In this document: positions 24,402-37,329 of the stretch, in pieces
Layout of the letters: each line of letters opens with the position of its first letter
How positions within the stretch are numbered: the stretch's first letter is position 1
Notes under the pieces: generated by a model
The model's input: only the letters and a program-made list of their open reading frames with translations
Databases searched by the model: none
What the model was told of the DNA's origin: nothing
Assembly (NCBI GenBank): GCA_964016885.1
Contig: OZ024741.1
Location: forward strand, 338,458,001-338,522,000
Direction of reading: 5' to 3'
Length of the DNA: 64,000 bases
From: Eledone cirrhosa
Lineage: Eukaryota
Program-made: the position numbers and the translations under genes

Positions 24402-25959
24402 CTGAAGTGAGATAAAAATAGAAAAGATGAAATTTATTTGATATTAAATTGCATCAGTGAATTTGTTAAAATTTATGAAATTACTAAAATTATCCAACAA
24501 AATATAGGTTACCAAAGTTTCACAGATTTTTTTTTTTTTACAAAATACTTTTGATAGAAAGATGGAGGTACTGGATATCATGTACAGGGTATGATTTCCG
24601 AAGGAAAAATCTACAATACTGGGTACACACCAAAAGTAAAGTGCCTACATTATATGCATCTGTAAACTCTAACTTTGCATGGTATAAGCAATAAACAGGA
24701 TAAGCAATAAATTGATGGAGTCAATAGAATGTCAGATAGAATGTTTTGTAGTATTCATTTTCACTTTCTGCTCTTGAAATCCCACCAAGGTCAACTTTGC
24801 CTTTCATCCATTCAACGTTGATAAAAAAAAGTACCAATCAAGTACTGGGGTCGATTCTTCCTCTATATCTCTTTCTCACTTCCTTTCTGTCACTCTCTCT
24901 ATCCGTCTCTAGAAGAAATCTGCTGTGAGAGAAATCTGCCAGGAGAGGAGATGAGCTCCACCAGGTTTTAAAATGCCCTAGAAATGCCATATGTCAATCA
25001 GGAGTTACAGGATGAAATAAAACAATAACAGGATATTCAGTTATGCTCAATTTTCAGCATAACAGTAACTCAAAATTAGTGATGCATTGGATCACAATAT
25101 TTTATAGAGTAAGGCCTCTTCACAGTGTCATTTCACTTTACATATTGTGTTTTGTAGAGATATTCTTTATATACAGGCGACAAATTCAGAGTTATTAGAA
25201 CATCGGATAGAATGCTTTGTGGTATTCATTTCAGCTCTCTGTTCTCTGAGTTCAAATCCCACCTTTAATCCATTTCTATTTCTCACTTCCTCTCTCCTTC
25301 TCTCTTTCTCTCTCTCTCTCTCCCACTTTATATCCTTCTCTGGGAGAAATCAGCTGTATTGAGACCTGGAGAGGAGATGGGCTCTACCAGGTTTGAAAAA
25401 ATGCCCTAAAAATGCTGTATGCCAATACAGCACCCCTACAACTCACTCAGGAGTTATAGGACCATGCATGCAGGCATTCTTTATAAACCACATTCAGCAG
25501 TGGCACTTGATTAATCATCACAGAAACTGATCCCTTTTGTTTTTCGGTTTTTTTCACAAAGCTCAATTTTAAACAAAGGCTAATGATAGTATATAGTAAA
25601 CAAAATATAGTTAGTATAATTTTTTAAATATTGATACAGAGTGAGTCAAAAGTAGTGTCCAATTCCTGTTTTAGGGTTATCAGTTGAAAGACATGTTTTC
25701 AAATGTATTACTTCTAATTATTCCATTTATTCAGGGAATAAGAGACTGTAACAGGCTATTTTACTTTCAATGTTCAAAGTGTCCTCCCTCATAATCAATG
25801 CACAATTGTAACAAGCAAGCACAGAGTGACACACACGACTTCAGAATTCGCTATCAAACAGAGAAAAGTATAAACAACATCAAGGTTCAAATACCGCCAC
25901 ATCAACAACAACAACATGAGCATGACATCCCAGAAACTGGGCGCTACTTTTGACTCACC

Positions 25960-27350
25960 CACTTCTTCTTTGCCCACTTATTCCTGAGAGGGTCATGGGG
26001 GCAGTGTCCTCAAACACTCCTTCCAGCGGGTTCTCTTCAGAAGCAACTGTCTCCAGCTGATCCGGCTGGATCTCCAAGTGAGACTAGCTGGGCTCATGGG
26101 TGTTATCCAACCATCTTGCTTGAAGTCTACCCCTGAGTCTCCTGCCGGTTGGTTTTTGCCCGTAAAATCTGTCCAACGATTCTTTCCTGAGACATTCTAA
26201 CTACATACCCATTGTATTGGAACTGTGATCTTTCAATTCAGAGAAGTAGCAACTCTACCTGGAGTGACTCTCTGATCTCCGAGCTACGCACTCTATCAAG
26301 TAATGTTACTCCAAAGACCCTTCGGAGGAACCCCATTTTGGTCGCTTGTATTTGCGATCGTATTCTTTCAGTCATTACTCAAGATTCATGACCATAGTTA
26401 AGGGTTGGCACGAATACCAAATTGAACATAGCGAGTTTGGCTTTTATGCCTTCCTTCTTCTGATTACTGAATTCTGAAGCAGGCACATTGCTGCACCAGC
26501 TCCTGCAATTCCAGCATTTAATTCAGCCTCCTGCCTTCCATCACTCAGGAACATGACCCCAAGGCACTTGAACTTCTCTGCTTGCTTCAGTGAAACTCCA
26601 TTCATATGTAGTGCACTGCACAGGCTTCCTTGAGGGGACGAGTGTCTCAGTTTTCACAGCACCAATTTTCATTCCAGCCATGTAGCACTCGGCATCAAAC
26701 ATATCAGGTGCAAGTCGGAGATCACCATCTGTTGAATTAAGAAACACCATGTTGTCTGCAAATTCCAGCAGACTGATTTTGCACCCACCAGTCATGATAC
26801 CACTTCCAACCCGGCTGTGCATGTCAATCCTGTTCATGTAAATGATGAACAGGAGAAGTGACAGTACGTACCCTTGGAGGAGTCTGACTCCCACATTGAA
26901 TGCTTTCAATTTAGCACCATTTATCTGAACACAAATACTTGGGCATTTGTATAGAGACATCAGGGCAGCAAGAAGCTGACCATCAAACCCATACTTATGC
27001 AGAACCTTCCACAGCAGGTCCCGAGGAACATGGTCATATGCCTTTTCAAGGTCGACAAAATAAGAATAATTCTAATTTTCAAAAAGGGAAACAAGAGAGA
27101 TTGTTCCAATAACAGAGGGATCTCCTTGTTAAGCCTCCCCAGTAAAGTCCATGCTAAGTGTCTAGCAAAGAGATTCAGGGAGATTGTTGAGTCCAAGCTA
27201 GCTGATGAACAGTGTAGTTTTCACCCCAGACACAGCACAGTCGAGCAAATATTCACACTACGGCAGGTCTTCGAGAAATCATGGGAGTATTGCCAAGAGG
27301 CATATTCTTGTTTTGTCGACCTTGAAAAAGCATATGACCCAGTATGTTAT
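25960..27350 (-). mobile_element. RTE-like LINE insertion with 5' inversion (3' part on minus 25960-27060, inverted 5' part on plus 27061-27350)
   Basis: Minus strand: GVRLLQGYVLSLLLF, LEFADN. Plus strand: IFKKGNKRDCSNNRGISLLS...FVDLEKAYD. The FVDLEKAYD-coding sequence occurs at both ends of the inverted piece. Confidence 0.85.
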
Positions 27351-27420
27351 GACCTTTAATTTTTAAAGATTATTAAGATAATCAAAATAACAGAATAAAA
27401 ATATTAAAAATATAACGCAC

Positions 27421-27594
27421 AAGGAAGTTGAACCACAGAAGGGTTGCATGTAAGGTCCGACACACATTGTTGGTTGCTTTCAGAAAAGCGTTTTTCAATA
27501 CCACAATTTTGAGATGTCACTGGTATATCTTGGACACATGAGAAGTATTTACTGCAACTGTTCACATCTTCCACCTTGGCACGGCCCTCACAAC
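27421..27594 (-). CDS. Pif/LamG3-like gene, exon 3 (ChtBD2/peritrophin-A domain)
   Basis: atcctag acceptor, GTGCGT donor; six Cys in CEGRAKVEDVNSCSKYFSCVQDIPVTSQNCGIEKRFSESNQQCVSDLTC; phase 1 to 1. Confidence 0.88.
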
Positions 27595-27663
27595 CTAGGA
27601 TAATATAAAAATTTAAAAAAGTATTTAATATAATACAATAGATTATACACACACACACATATG

Positions 27664-27700
<37 letters not shown>

Positions 27701-27701
27701 C

Positions 27702-27850
27702 TTACACTAGAAAATATCACCTATGATACACAGATAGTTGGTGTTACACTAAGAAATATCACCTATGATACACTGATACTTGGTGTTACACTATGAAATA
27801 TCACCTATGATACACTGATACTTGGTGTTACACTAGAAAATATTACCTAC
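27702..27850 (+). repeat. ~41-bp minisatellite (about 3.5 copies)
   Basis: ttacacta-gaaatatcacctatgatacac-gata-ttggtg repeated. Confidence 0.85.
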
Positions 27851-28504
27851 ACGAGGAAATATCACCTAAAAAAAATTCAAATACCACCAAACTAATACCA
27901 AAGTGTTCAAACCAGTAACTATTTTAATGTGCAGTTGACTCCTGCTTGTCATCACGTCATCATCTCGTCATCATTTAACATCCATTTTTCCATGCTAGCA
28001 TGGGTTAGATGAGCTGTTCCATTGTGAGATAAGCCTGGTCGGATAACAATGTCTTGCTCATACAGAACTAATTTGGGGTTGGTTTCTACGACAGAATGCC
28101 TTTCCTAACACCAATCACATTTATAGTATGCACTGAGTGTGTTTTTTGTTGTGACACCTACACGACCACTTTACAGTGTGTACTACATGCTTTTTATTGT
28201 TATACCTACATGACCTATAGTTTTTTATCTAATTTAAGTTCACATGGTAAATGATGGTTAAAAGACTTAAAATACTCATGAAATGCTAAAAGTATCCCCC
28301 ATTACATTACAAATACTTCTCAGATTCAGAGAATATAAAATGCTGAGTCATGGCACCTGTCTCAAAGATTTATGCAGTTCTTAGAATTTCCTTAAAATAA
28401 ATCCTTGTTGAAATATGGCAGTAGTGTACAACAATTAAAACAAACTGTTAGTTTATTGTGGATTACTGTATGTGTTGTATGTTCACTAAGAAAGAGAAAT
28501 AAAT

Positions 28505-28780
28505 AGAGAAAAAAGAAAGAGAGGGTGAATGGGAGAGAGAGAGAGAGAGAGAAAGAGACATAAAGAAAGAGAGGAGGAACGTAAGAGAGAGAGAGAGAAA
28601 GAGACATAAAAAAGAGAGGGTGAATGGGAGAGAGAGAGAGAGAGAGAAAGAGACATAAAGAAAGAGAGGAGGAACGTAAGAGAGAGAGAGAGAAAGAGAC
28701 ATAAAGAAAGAGAGGAGGAACGTAAGAGAGAGAGAGAGAAAGAGACATAAAAAAGAGAGGGTGAATGGGAGAGAGAGAAA
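28505..28780 (+). repeat. AG-rich composite minisatellite
   Basis: Alternating gagggtgaatggga(ga)n and aaagagacataaagaaagagaggaggaacgtaa units. Confidence 0.9.
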
Positions 28781-28803
28781 TAGTGAAATAATGATATATT
28801 TAC

Positions 28804-28983
28804 TTGAAACACAGGCGACGTTGATTTCATAATCACAGGTTAAACTTTCAGGATTGAAATAAAGGCCATCATTACAATTCATCTCACGACGAAAAAATCC
28901 GTTGGGTGTTGGTTCACACATAATGTACTTTTCACAACGGTAAGGATGCTTGCAAAAATAGGTATTTTGACAGCTGCAAAACT
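28804..28983 (-). CDS. Pif/LamG3-like gene, exon 2 (ChtBD2/CBM14 domain)
   Basis: cattttag acceptor, GTAAAT donor; HPYRCEKYIMC...MNCNDGLYFNPESLTCDYEINVAC is the canonical peritrophin-A pattern; phase 1 to 1. Confidence 0.92.
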
Positions 28984-30046
28984 CTAAAATGATAAAAAGT
29001 AAATAATTTTCATAAACAGATAGATAAATATTGTCTATAATATTAGAAGAACCCCATGCATTGCCCACATTTCAAAATAGCAATCTACATTCTAGGTTCA
29101 AATCCAGCCGAGGTTAAGCTTTGACTTTTATCCTTACAGATTCGTAAAAATAAATACCACTAATGCATTGGATTCGATTTTATTCAGTTTCTCCTCCTCC
29201 AAAAATTGTTAGCTTTGTACCTAAGTCAGAAAGAGCATATAGTTAGTAAGAAATTCTGAGGCATTTTTAATCTGATGCCCTAACACAACTCTATCAATTT
29301 GCCACACTAAAGCAAATGTTTATAAGTATCATTAGCTTCAGTTATTACTCTGTAATTACTATCTGTTATTACAGTTATTACTATCTGTTCTAAAATTCTG
29401 AATTGTTGACTTAGAAGCAGGTCGACATATTTTGTTTAGGTGTAAGGTTGCTTGAATTGGTTTTTGAATATATTAAAGGTATTTATTTTATTCATCTTCC
29501 AGAGAACTAAATAGCAAAGTTCTGTTACAATCACTGTTTGAGATTGAGGAATGACTGTACAATAGAAATGCTAACCAAACATGTGATGGTTGATCTTCTA
29601 CTAGACTTGTGGGTTCATGCTCTCAGTAAAGACTGCAATAGTATTCAACATATTTCATTTTCAGAGTCCAGGATCAGTATGACATATAAACCAGAATTTC
29701 TGGGTATATGAACAATCATCAAATTTGAAAAATAGCAATTTGATAAATTAATGGTTTGCATAAGAGAACCCCTGTAGTTTATGTTGATTACTGACACATG
29801 GAAGTGATTAAAGATAAAAATGTTCATTTAAATAATTTTTTTTTAAAGATATAATTGCATAAATGTTCAGCATGTATATACAAATGACATACACAATTAA
29901 ATGTATTAGTAACTTTGGAGAAATAACTATTTACAGGGATAAGAAGCCAGGATCCTATGATTGAAAAGCAAACTTCTTATAGCAAAATGATTGAGATAGG
30001 AAATGCATTGTGTGCATGTGTGTAAATTTTAAAGAGTTACAGACAA

Positions 30047-30087
<41 letters not shown>

Positions 30088-30104
30088 TACACATATATAT
30101 ATAT

Positions 30105-30449
30105 CATCATTCATCATCATTTCATTTTACGTCCGCTTTTCCCTGCTTGCAAGGGTGGGACGGGAACTGATTTTGGCTTGATTTCTACAGCTGGATGCCC
30201 TTCCTAACACCAACCTCATTTACAGTGAGTGCTGGGTGCTTTTTTGCCGTGGCACCTCCACGACCACTTTGCAGTGGAATGATAGGGACCCCAGTCCCTA
30301 TCATCTCATTTCTACAGCTGAGTAAACTGGAGCAATGTGGAATAAAGTGTCTTGCTCAAGGAAACAACACATCACCCGGTCTGAGAATTGAACTCACAAC
30401 CTTTCGATTGCAAGGCCAATGCTCTAACCACTAAGCCATGTGCCTCCAC
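30105..30449 (-). mobile_element. tRNA-derived SINE with (GAT)n tail
   Basis: Reverse complement of 30942-31282. Head has A-box-like tggcttagtgg and B-box-like gagttcaattc. Confidence 0.85.
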
Positions 30450-30563
30450 ATATATATATATACATATATATATATATACACACATATATATATATACATA
30501 TATATATATATACACACATATATATATACATATATATATATATATACACATATATATATATAC

Positions 30564-30638
<75 letters not shown>

Positions 30639-30648
30639 CATATATATG

Positions 30649-30682
<34 letters not shown>

Positions 30683-30692
30683 CATATATATG

Positions 30693-30760
<68 letters not shown>

Positions 30761-30794
30761 TATATACATTATATATATATACATATATATATAC

Positions 30795-30916
<122 letters not shown>

Positions 30917-30941
30917 GTACCACATGGCTTAGTGGTTAGAA

Positions 30942-31282
30942 TGGAGGCACATGGCTTAGTGGTTAGAGCATTGGCCTTGCAATTGAATGGCTGTGAGTTC
31001 AATTCTCAGACTGGGTGATGTGTTGTTTCCTTGAGCAAGACACTTATTTCACATTGCTCCAGTTTACTCAGCTGTAGAAATGAGATGATAGGGACTGGGG
31101 TCCATATCATTCCACTGCAAAGTGGTCGTGGAGGCGCCACGGCAAAAAAGCACCCAGCACTCACTGTAAATGAGGTTGGTGTTAGGAAGGGCATCCAGCT
31201 GTAGAAATCAAGCCAGAATCAGTTCCCGTCCCACCCTTGCAAGCAGGGAAAAGCGGACGTAAAATGATGATGATGATGATGA
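30942..31282 (+). mobile_element. tRNA-derived SINE with (GAT)n tail; inverted partner of 30105-30449
   Basis: ggaggcacatggcttagtggttagagca...gagttcaattctc...ccttgagcaagacac; a third copy lies at 63216-63568. Confidence 0.85.
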
Positions 31283-31977
31283 TATATATATATATATTAT
31301 ATATATATATAAAACGAAGGAAATATATATATATATATATATAACGAACGAAATATATATATACAAACACACATGATGTATTATTATGATTGATAGCCCA
31401 TTTAGCATTGGAGCCCTATCGTATGGAGATATCTAGTTTAAAGATTGGAAGTTATCCATATATTTTCATGTACAAAAATGGAAGAAATAGAACAGGAGAT
31501 GAAATAAAGGAGAGAAAAAAAGAGAATGATGAATGTTGAGAAAGAAGAAATTATCTTCCTGAACAATCAAATCAAAATTATCTTCCTGAACATTTCAGAG
31601 ATCAGAGAGTCGTTCCAGGTAGAGCTGCTATTTCTCCAAATTGAGATCATAGTTCCAGTACTATGGGCAATTTAGAATGTCTCAGGAAAGAATTGCTGGA
31701 CAGATTTTACGGGCAAAACCAACCAGCAGGAAACCCAGGAGTAGAAGAAACCTGAATAAGATGGTTGGATAACATCCATGGGCTTTGCTGGTCTTGCTTG
31801 GTGGGATCTAATCAGATTAATTGTAGATGGTTGCATCTAATAGGACCTGTTGGAATGAGTGTTTAAGGACTCTCTCAGGAATAAGTTGGCAAAGAAGAAG
31901 AAAAAGAAAAATATTTATTAAAGAATTTAGAACAAACATTATTGTAATCATAAATGAGAAAATACTGAGATACTTAC

Positions 31978-32059
31978 GGTCCAAGTTTTGACCAAATATC
32001 ATCCCAATAGACAGCAAAAGACAGACCGCAAAAAGTTGTTGAGGGCCTTGCATTTTCAT
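31978..32059 (-). CDS. Pif/LamG3-like gene, exon 1 (signal peptide): MKMQGPQQLFAVCLLLSIGMIFGQNLD
   Basis: Hydrophobic core followed by G-Q, GTAAGT donor in phase 1 matching exon 2, TATA box upstream. Confidence 0.82.
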
Positions 32060-32108
32060 TGTGTTACAGAGTATTGCTATGTATGTACCTATATCTTCAT
32101 GCAAAAGA

Positions 32109-32143
32109 GGATTGAAAGTCTGTCAAAATCTTGTATTTATATA
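32109..32143 (-). promoter_or_regulatory. Putative TATA box (TATAAATA, 32141-32134) and Inr-like TCAATC (~32115-32110)
   Basis: Spacing from TATA to the Inr-like motif is ~25-30 nt, and the motif is ~50 nt upstream of the ATG. Confidence 0.55.
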
Positions 32144-32202
32144 GAACAGAGCCTGTGAAAGTTACTATGCATGTGTATTTACACGTGTTTAGATTAGAAA
32201 TA

Positions 32203-32338
32203 TTCATCATCGTCATCATCATCGCCATTGCCTTCGTCATCGTCATTATCATCGCCATTGCCTTCGTCAGCGTCATCATCATCGCCATTGCCTTCGTCAT
32301 CGTCATCATCATCATCGTCGTCGTCGTCATCATCGTCG

Positions 32339-32413
<75 letters not shown>

Positions 32414-32428
32414 ATAATAATAATATTA
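32203..32428. repeat. (CAT/CGT)n trinucleotide repeat just upstream of the promoter
   Basis: Directly visible; source of the poly-M/D/I/S ORFs. Confidence 0.95.
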
Positions 32429-33337
32429 TGTGAGAAAGAAGGTGGAGCTAGTGCAAGTTTTGTCCGTCTCCCAGATCCTCCTACACCCTGACACATGTTT
32501 ATTTGCAACGTATTAGAGCTAATATCTACATAAGCAACTAGGCATTTTTATTAAAGAATTAATAAAAGGCTTTAATAAAACCACAAAGGTAATTGTTTGA
32601 AAAAATATTCTTATTTTTTTAAAAAAAGCTTTACATGTTTTTTATGTTCAATTTCTTTATTTCTATTGCTTTAATTTCAAGATTATTTTATATATAAGAA
32701 ATGAGAGAATTTTAATTTGAATAGAGAAATAAATAGCTTGATTGTGTTTTCAAGGACAGAAGACTAGTTATGAAAGTTGCATAAGCTAGAATATAAAAAG
32801 AAGAGACTAAATTATTCTCCCTTATCCACACCTTTGTGAATAAATTACTATCTCTTCACAACAGAGTCTTTAATCACAAACCGGTTTAAACTCATTTTTA
32901 TCCATTCACTCTTTTATACATTTCTGTTTCAATGAATTCATTCTGACAAAGACAACAAAAGTCTTTAAAAATATGAAGAAGGTGGTTCCTGTTTAACATG
33001 ATAGCTTTTAGATAGATCATTACAAAAATACAAACTCTTCAGCGACGCTTAAGTCGTTTTTTGCTTTATTGCTTGTAAAATATATATATGTGTGTCATCT
33101 CCCTCTCCTTCATCTACAAAAAAATGAGAGTAGGATGTATAATTGTGTGACCTGGAGTCTGTTTAAAAGGAAAGATATTTGCTATACAATGTCAAGTTAC
33201 TTAGTAAAAAAATGAATTTATTCGTAAATATTTCTTATAGGTTTACAAAACTGTGAATTAAACTTCTCAAGGGAGACTACTAGTCTTTATTTTTATATTT
33301 TCCTTATAAGGATTTATTAAGTTTTCATAATTAATAC

Positions 33338-33525
33338 GGTGGATTGGCAGTATCGGTAGAGGGTCGGGCGCCATGCTTTGAAGCATGTAGTTACCTCCCT
33401 TTATGATCTGAGTTCAAATCCCGCCAAGGTTAACTTTGCCTTTCATCCTTACGGAGTCGATAAAATAAAGTACCAGTAATGCACTGATATAATTGCTGGC
33501 CTTGTGCCAAAAGTAGAAACAATAA
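33338..33525 (+). mobile_element. Second SINE family (other copies ~21395-21550 -, ~24770-24855 +, ~29090-29230 +, ~45025-45110 +, ~58515-58640 -, 61145-61330 -)
   Basis: Shared core gagttcaaatcccgcc-aggtt-actttgcctttcatcc...gtcgataaaataaagtaccagt. Confidence 0.8.
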
Positions 33526-35694
33526 TTAATAATATAAATAATGAAAGAAGGGGGAAGGGGTAAAGAAGGGCAGATCTGGCTGTATAGGAGAGTAAAGGAA
33601 AGGACTAAAAATGCCATAAATGAGAAGAAAAGGAAGGAAAGAAGCTAGGACTATTAGGCCATGGAAGAAATAGAGGGGGAAGGGGAAAGGATGACAGGCC
33701 CTGCACCTAAGTTGGGGCAGTAAGGTCTAACCTCAAGGTTTCTGATGAAAGGGTTAAAGAAAAGTCAAATTTCTACCAGGAAGGATGACTGATCATCTTT
33801 AACATTTGACTCTATGTATGATTTCCTTAAGAATTATAGTTGTTTGCAATCCAATAGCTGTAAAACAGTTCAGATTTTTTCAGATGTTTGGAATATTTCT
33901 TGAACATATTTGGTTTTTAGGAAATGGATGAAGAGGAAGAGCATCATGGTTGACACTTTTAGGAAAAAATATTCACAAGGAAATGGATTACAGTTCTAAG
34001 AAGGAAAATTTAAGGGAAGGGTTTAGAGTGAGATCTGGCTGATATGTGATAAGAGGGAGAGAAAAGATGAATAGGATGTATAGAAGGAATGTATCTAGAG
34101 TTCAGAGCAACAGAGACCACTGTAATAGCAAAAACAGCATGCAAGACAGTAATTGAAGCATTTTAGTGATTAACTCTTTGACAATTACTTCAATGGCTGT
34201 CTTTTCAATTAGTATATGCATCAGTAGATTTTGGTAGTACTCCAGTTTTCTTCTTCTTGCATTTGGGTTGGTCTCAGGTTGTTGTCATTTGCTTGATCAA
34301 GATCAGAGCTCAGTGACCAATTTCCAGAGCCCTCCACGAGGAGGTCAACAAATTTGAGCTCCAATACTCCAGTAAGGAGAAAGGTTCAGCTCCACCAGGC
34401 TTAAAATACTCAAGACTCAATCGTGTTCCTATGAATCTATCAGGAGTTACAAATCCATTCATAAATTCAGTACTCCAGTGATGTTCTTGAGTTTTATAGA
34501 GAATTAGCTAATGATCAGAGCTGAAATAATTGCTGACACTGAAGAGGACTCCTGGCCTTTCTGGTGCAGTTTTGCAATGTTATATGTGGAATCACCATAA
34601 GAGATAGTGATGGATTCAGAGGCCTAGCATTTATAATGACAGCAACTATGTGGGTTTTAATTGTGTTATTTATGACCAGATAGATTGAGATGCAAGACTG
34701 CCTCCTAAATTTATATGGGGATTAAATATTTGTTATCTTGCAAAAGACATGGTTGTCATGTCCCTTGTGCATGCTTAACAAGAGATGGTTTACATTTTTT
34801 GTATTTGGGGCCTGTGCACAGATCTTTGCTGAAGTGAAGTGTAGCACCATCTGTATGGGAGCTACAAGTGACAACAACAAAGTCATCAACATATAGAAGG
34901 AATAGTTTTATAGATATAACCTAGACTTAATGTAAACCATAATTAATAAAACATGGGTCATAGAAATCTTTGCTGGTAACAACAAAGATGAATGTATTTT
35001 ACATTTGAAATGTATCCCCTTTGCTGGTTGTTTGTAGGGTTAGATTGCCATCACTAGTTGTTTGATTCAAAGAATCACCAGGTTAAAGGATAGACGAATG
35101 TGCATTATAAGATTTATTAAGCAATATTAGGATTAGGGTTGGGGTAAATAGGGGCAGAGACTGTAGTAACGCATGGACAAATGTTGGATTTAGAGGTGAA
35201 GAACAAATCAAGGTATTTGATGTCTCTGTCACAGATGTATTAAGGGTGCATAATAATTTCTATAGGTTGTTGAGAGTCATAAAGAGCCATAATGAGTCCA
35301 ACGAGGGAAATTATATTATAGTTATGGTGTTTCACATGGAACCTTATAGATATAACACAGAGAAGCATACAGTCCAAGTGAAAACAAAAAACAGCATATA
35401 AGAAGGTTAAAGAAAAAAAACGAACATGAAACAAAAAGTTGCATGGTAAAGGTAGAAAAGAATCATTGAAATAATTATTCTACAAAGTGTCCTGTCTCCA
35501 AAACCCTAAACAAATCTATCTTTCTGTATCAACAACACACCATGTTTTACCCACAAATCTGTAAGTACTTAAAAAAAAAAAATACTTTACTATTGTTATT
35601 TTCTGTAACCGCAATTCTTTCACTAAAGCCATACGTTCTGCACTAACACATATTCACCAGACCCAGAAAACATTATATGTAACTACATTATTTG

Positions 35695-36290
35695 GGGATC
35701 AGATTAGCAAGGGTGCTCCGAGGCCATAATATCTAGAATAAGGATGGGTTGGAAGACGTTTAAGGAGCTGCTTCCTCTGTTGACAAAGAAGGGTTTCTCC
35801 CTATGAACAAAAGGCCAGTTATATGATGCCTGTGTGAGATGCGTGATGTTGCATGGTAGTGAGACATCGGCAGCAACTGTGGAGGATATGCGACGGCTGG
35901 AGAGAAATAAAGCAAGCATGCTCCGATGGATATGCAATGTCAATGTGCGTGAACGACCAAGTATAGACGAGTTGAGAGACAAACTGTGTATAAGAGGGAT
36001 AAACTGTAGTCTGCAGGAGAGAAGACTGCATTGGTATGGATATGTGATGTGCATGGAGGATGACCGCTGGGTAAAGAAGTGCCAAGAAATCCCAGTGGAA
36101 GGAAGATGCAGTAAAGGAAGACCACGAAAATCATGGACGGAGGTGGTGAGAGCTGACCTCAGATCGCTGAAGCTCACAGAGGAAATGACGAAGGACTGTG
36201 ACGAATGGAGAGATGCTGTGCTGAAAAGGACCCATCCCACCCTTGCAAGTAAGGAAAAGTGGACATAAAATGATGAAGATGATGATGATT
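35695..36290 (+). mobile_element. RTE-like LINE 3' end with (GAT)n tail
   Basis: ORF 35834-36268 VMLHGSET...MLRWIC...RRLHWYGYV...GRPRKSW; the tail follows the stop. Confidence 0.85.
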
Positions 36291-36754
36291 TATGTCTGAA
36301 AGTACAACCAAAGGCTCACCGTAATCTACATCAAATCAAAACAAAACATTACAGAAAACCGTAATTGAAAAAAAAAAAAAAGAACCAAAGTTAGAAACTA
36401 TGCCAATTACCATCGAATACATCAAAAAGGATATATAAAGACGCACATGGTAGATTTATGTTTTCTCCGCTTTTTTGTGAGCATTCTTTAAAAAAATGTT
36501 TAATAGCAACACTTTCACAAGGGAACGAGCCGCCCATTGGAGAATTTTCCTCTAACAAACTACTCTGGAACAGGCCTTATCACCTATCCCCCCCCCCTCC
36601 CCCCCCCCCCTCCGCCCATACACCCCAAAAAAACCCACAAAATTTATTAGAATTTCACCAACTTCCAAAATGGCAAAAGCCAATGACCTTGCATCTTCAG
36701 TCAAAGAAGGCATTGGAGCTTCAGCAGCCAGCCGGACAGCCAAAATAGGTAGCA

Positions 36755-37060
36755 GTATCAACTACCACTACCATCAACAAGAGGAAGACAACAACAGCAA
36801 CAGTGACAATAACCATAACACCAGCAACAACAATATATATGTGTATACAACACCATCATCATACCAGCAATCACCACCACAACCATTAACAAGAGGAAGA
36901 CAATGACAGCAACAGTGACAATAACAACAACACCAGCAACAACAATATATATGTGTATACACCATCATCATACTAGCAATCACCACCACAACCATTAACA
37001 AGAGGGAGGCAACACCAGCAACAGTGACAATAACAACAACACCAGCAACAACAACATATA
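36755..37060 (+). repeat. CAA/CAC-rich imperfect tandem duplication (~115-bp units)
   Basis: caagaggaagacaa...cagcaacagtgacaataac...atatatgtgtatac recurs. Confidence 0.8.
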
Positions 37061-37329
37061 TATTTTCAGGATTTATAGACTCATTTTTAGCAACATGGTT
37101 TTATGAGAAACTGTTAAGATGCTCGCATGTGTGCATGCAGATCTCTGGGTCTTTCCGCTGGGAACAACCCCCAGTTTTGCTTGTCCACCTATTTATTCAT
37201 TTATATATTCATTTTTTATTTTCTTGTGTGTCCCCCTCCATGCCCCCTCCCCCTTTTTTTCCTGTCTTGTCTTCTGTTGCCTCCGGATCTGGTGTAGGTG
37301 AGCTATGAGGCTTCACTCATATCAGCACC

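Noticed and set aside
28463-29068. 201-aa ORF as a complete gene
   Set aside because: Only 28804-28983 is exon-like; the rest runs into intron and AG-rich minisatellite.
32097-32508. Poly-Asp ORF next to a shell-matrix-like gene (tempting acidic biomineralisation domain)
   Set aside because: It is a (CAT)n microsatellite upstream of the TATA box and signal-peptide exon. All frames give homopolymers, there are no convincing splice sites, and similar (GAT)n tails end local SINEs and LINEs.
33520-35000. Possible very old CR1/L2 LINE on the minus strand (partial inverted match to ~44140-44280)
   Set aside because: Too decayed to recover diagnostic RT motifs by eye.
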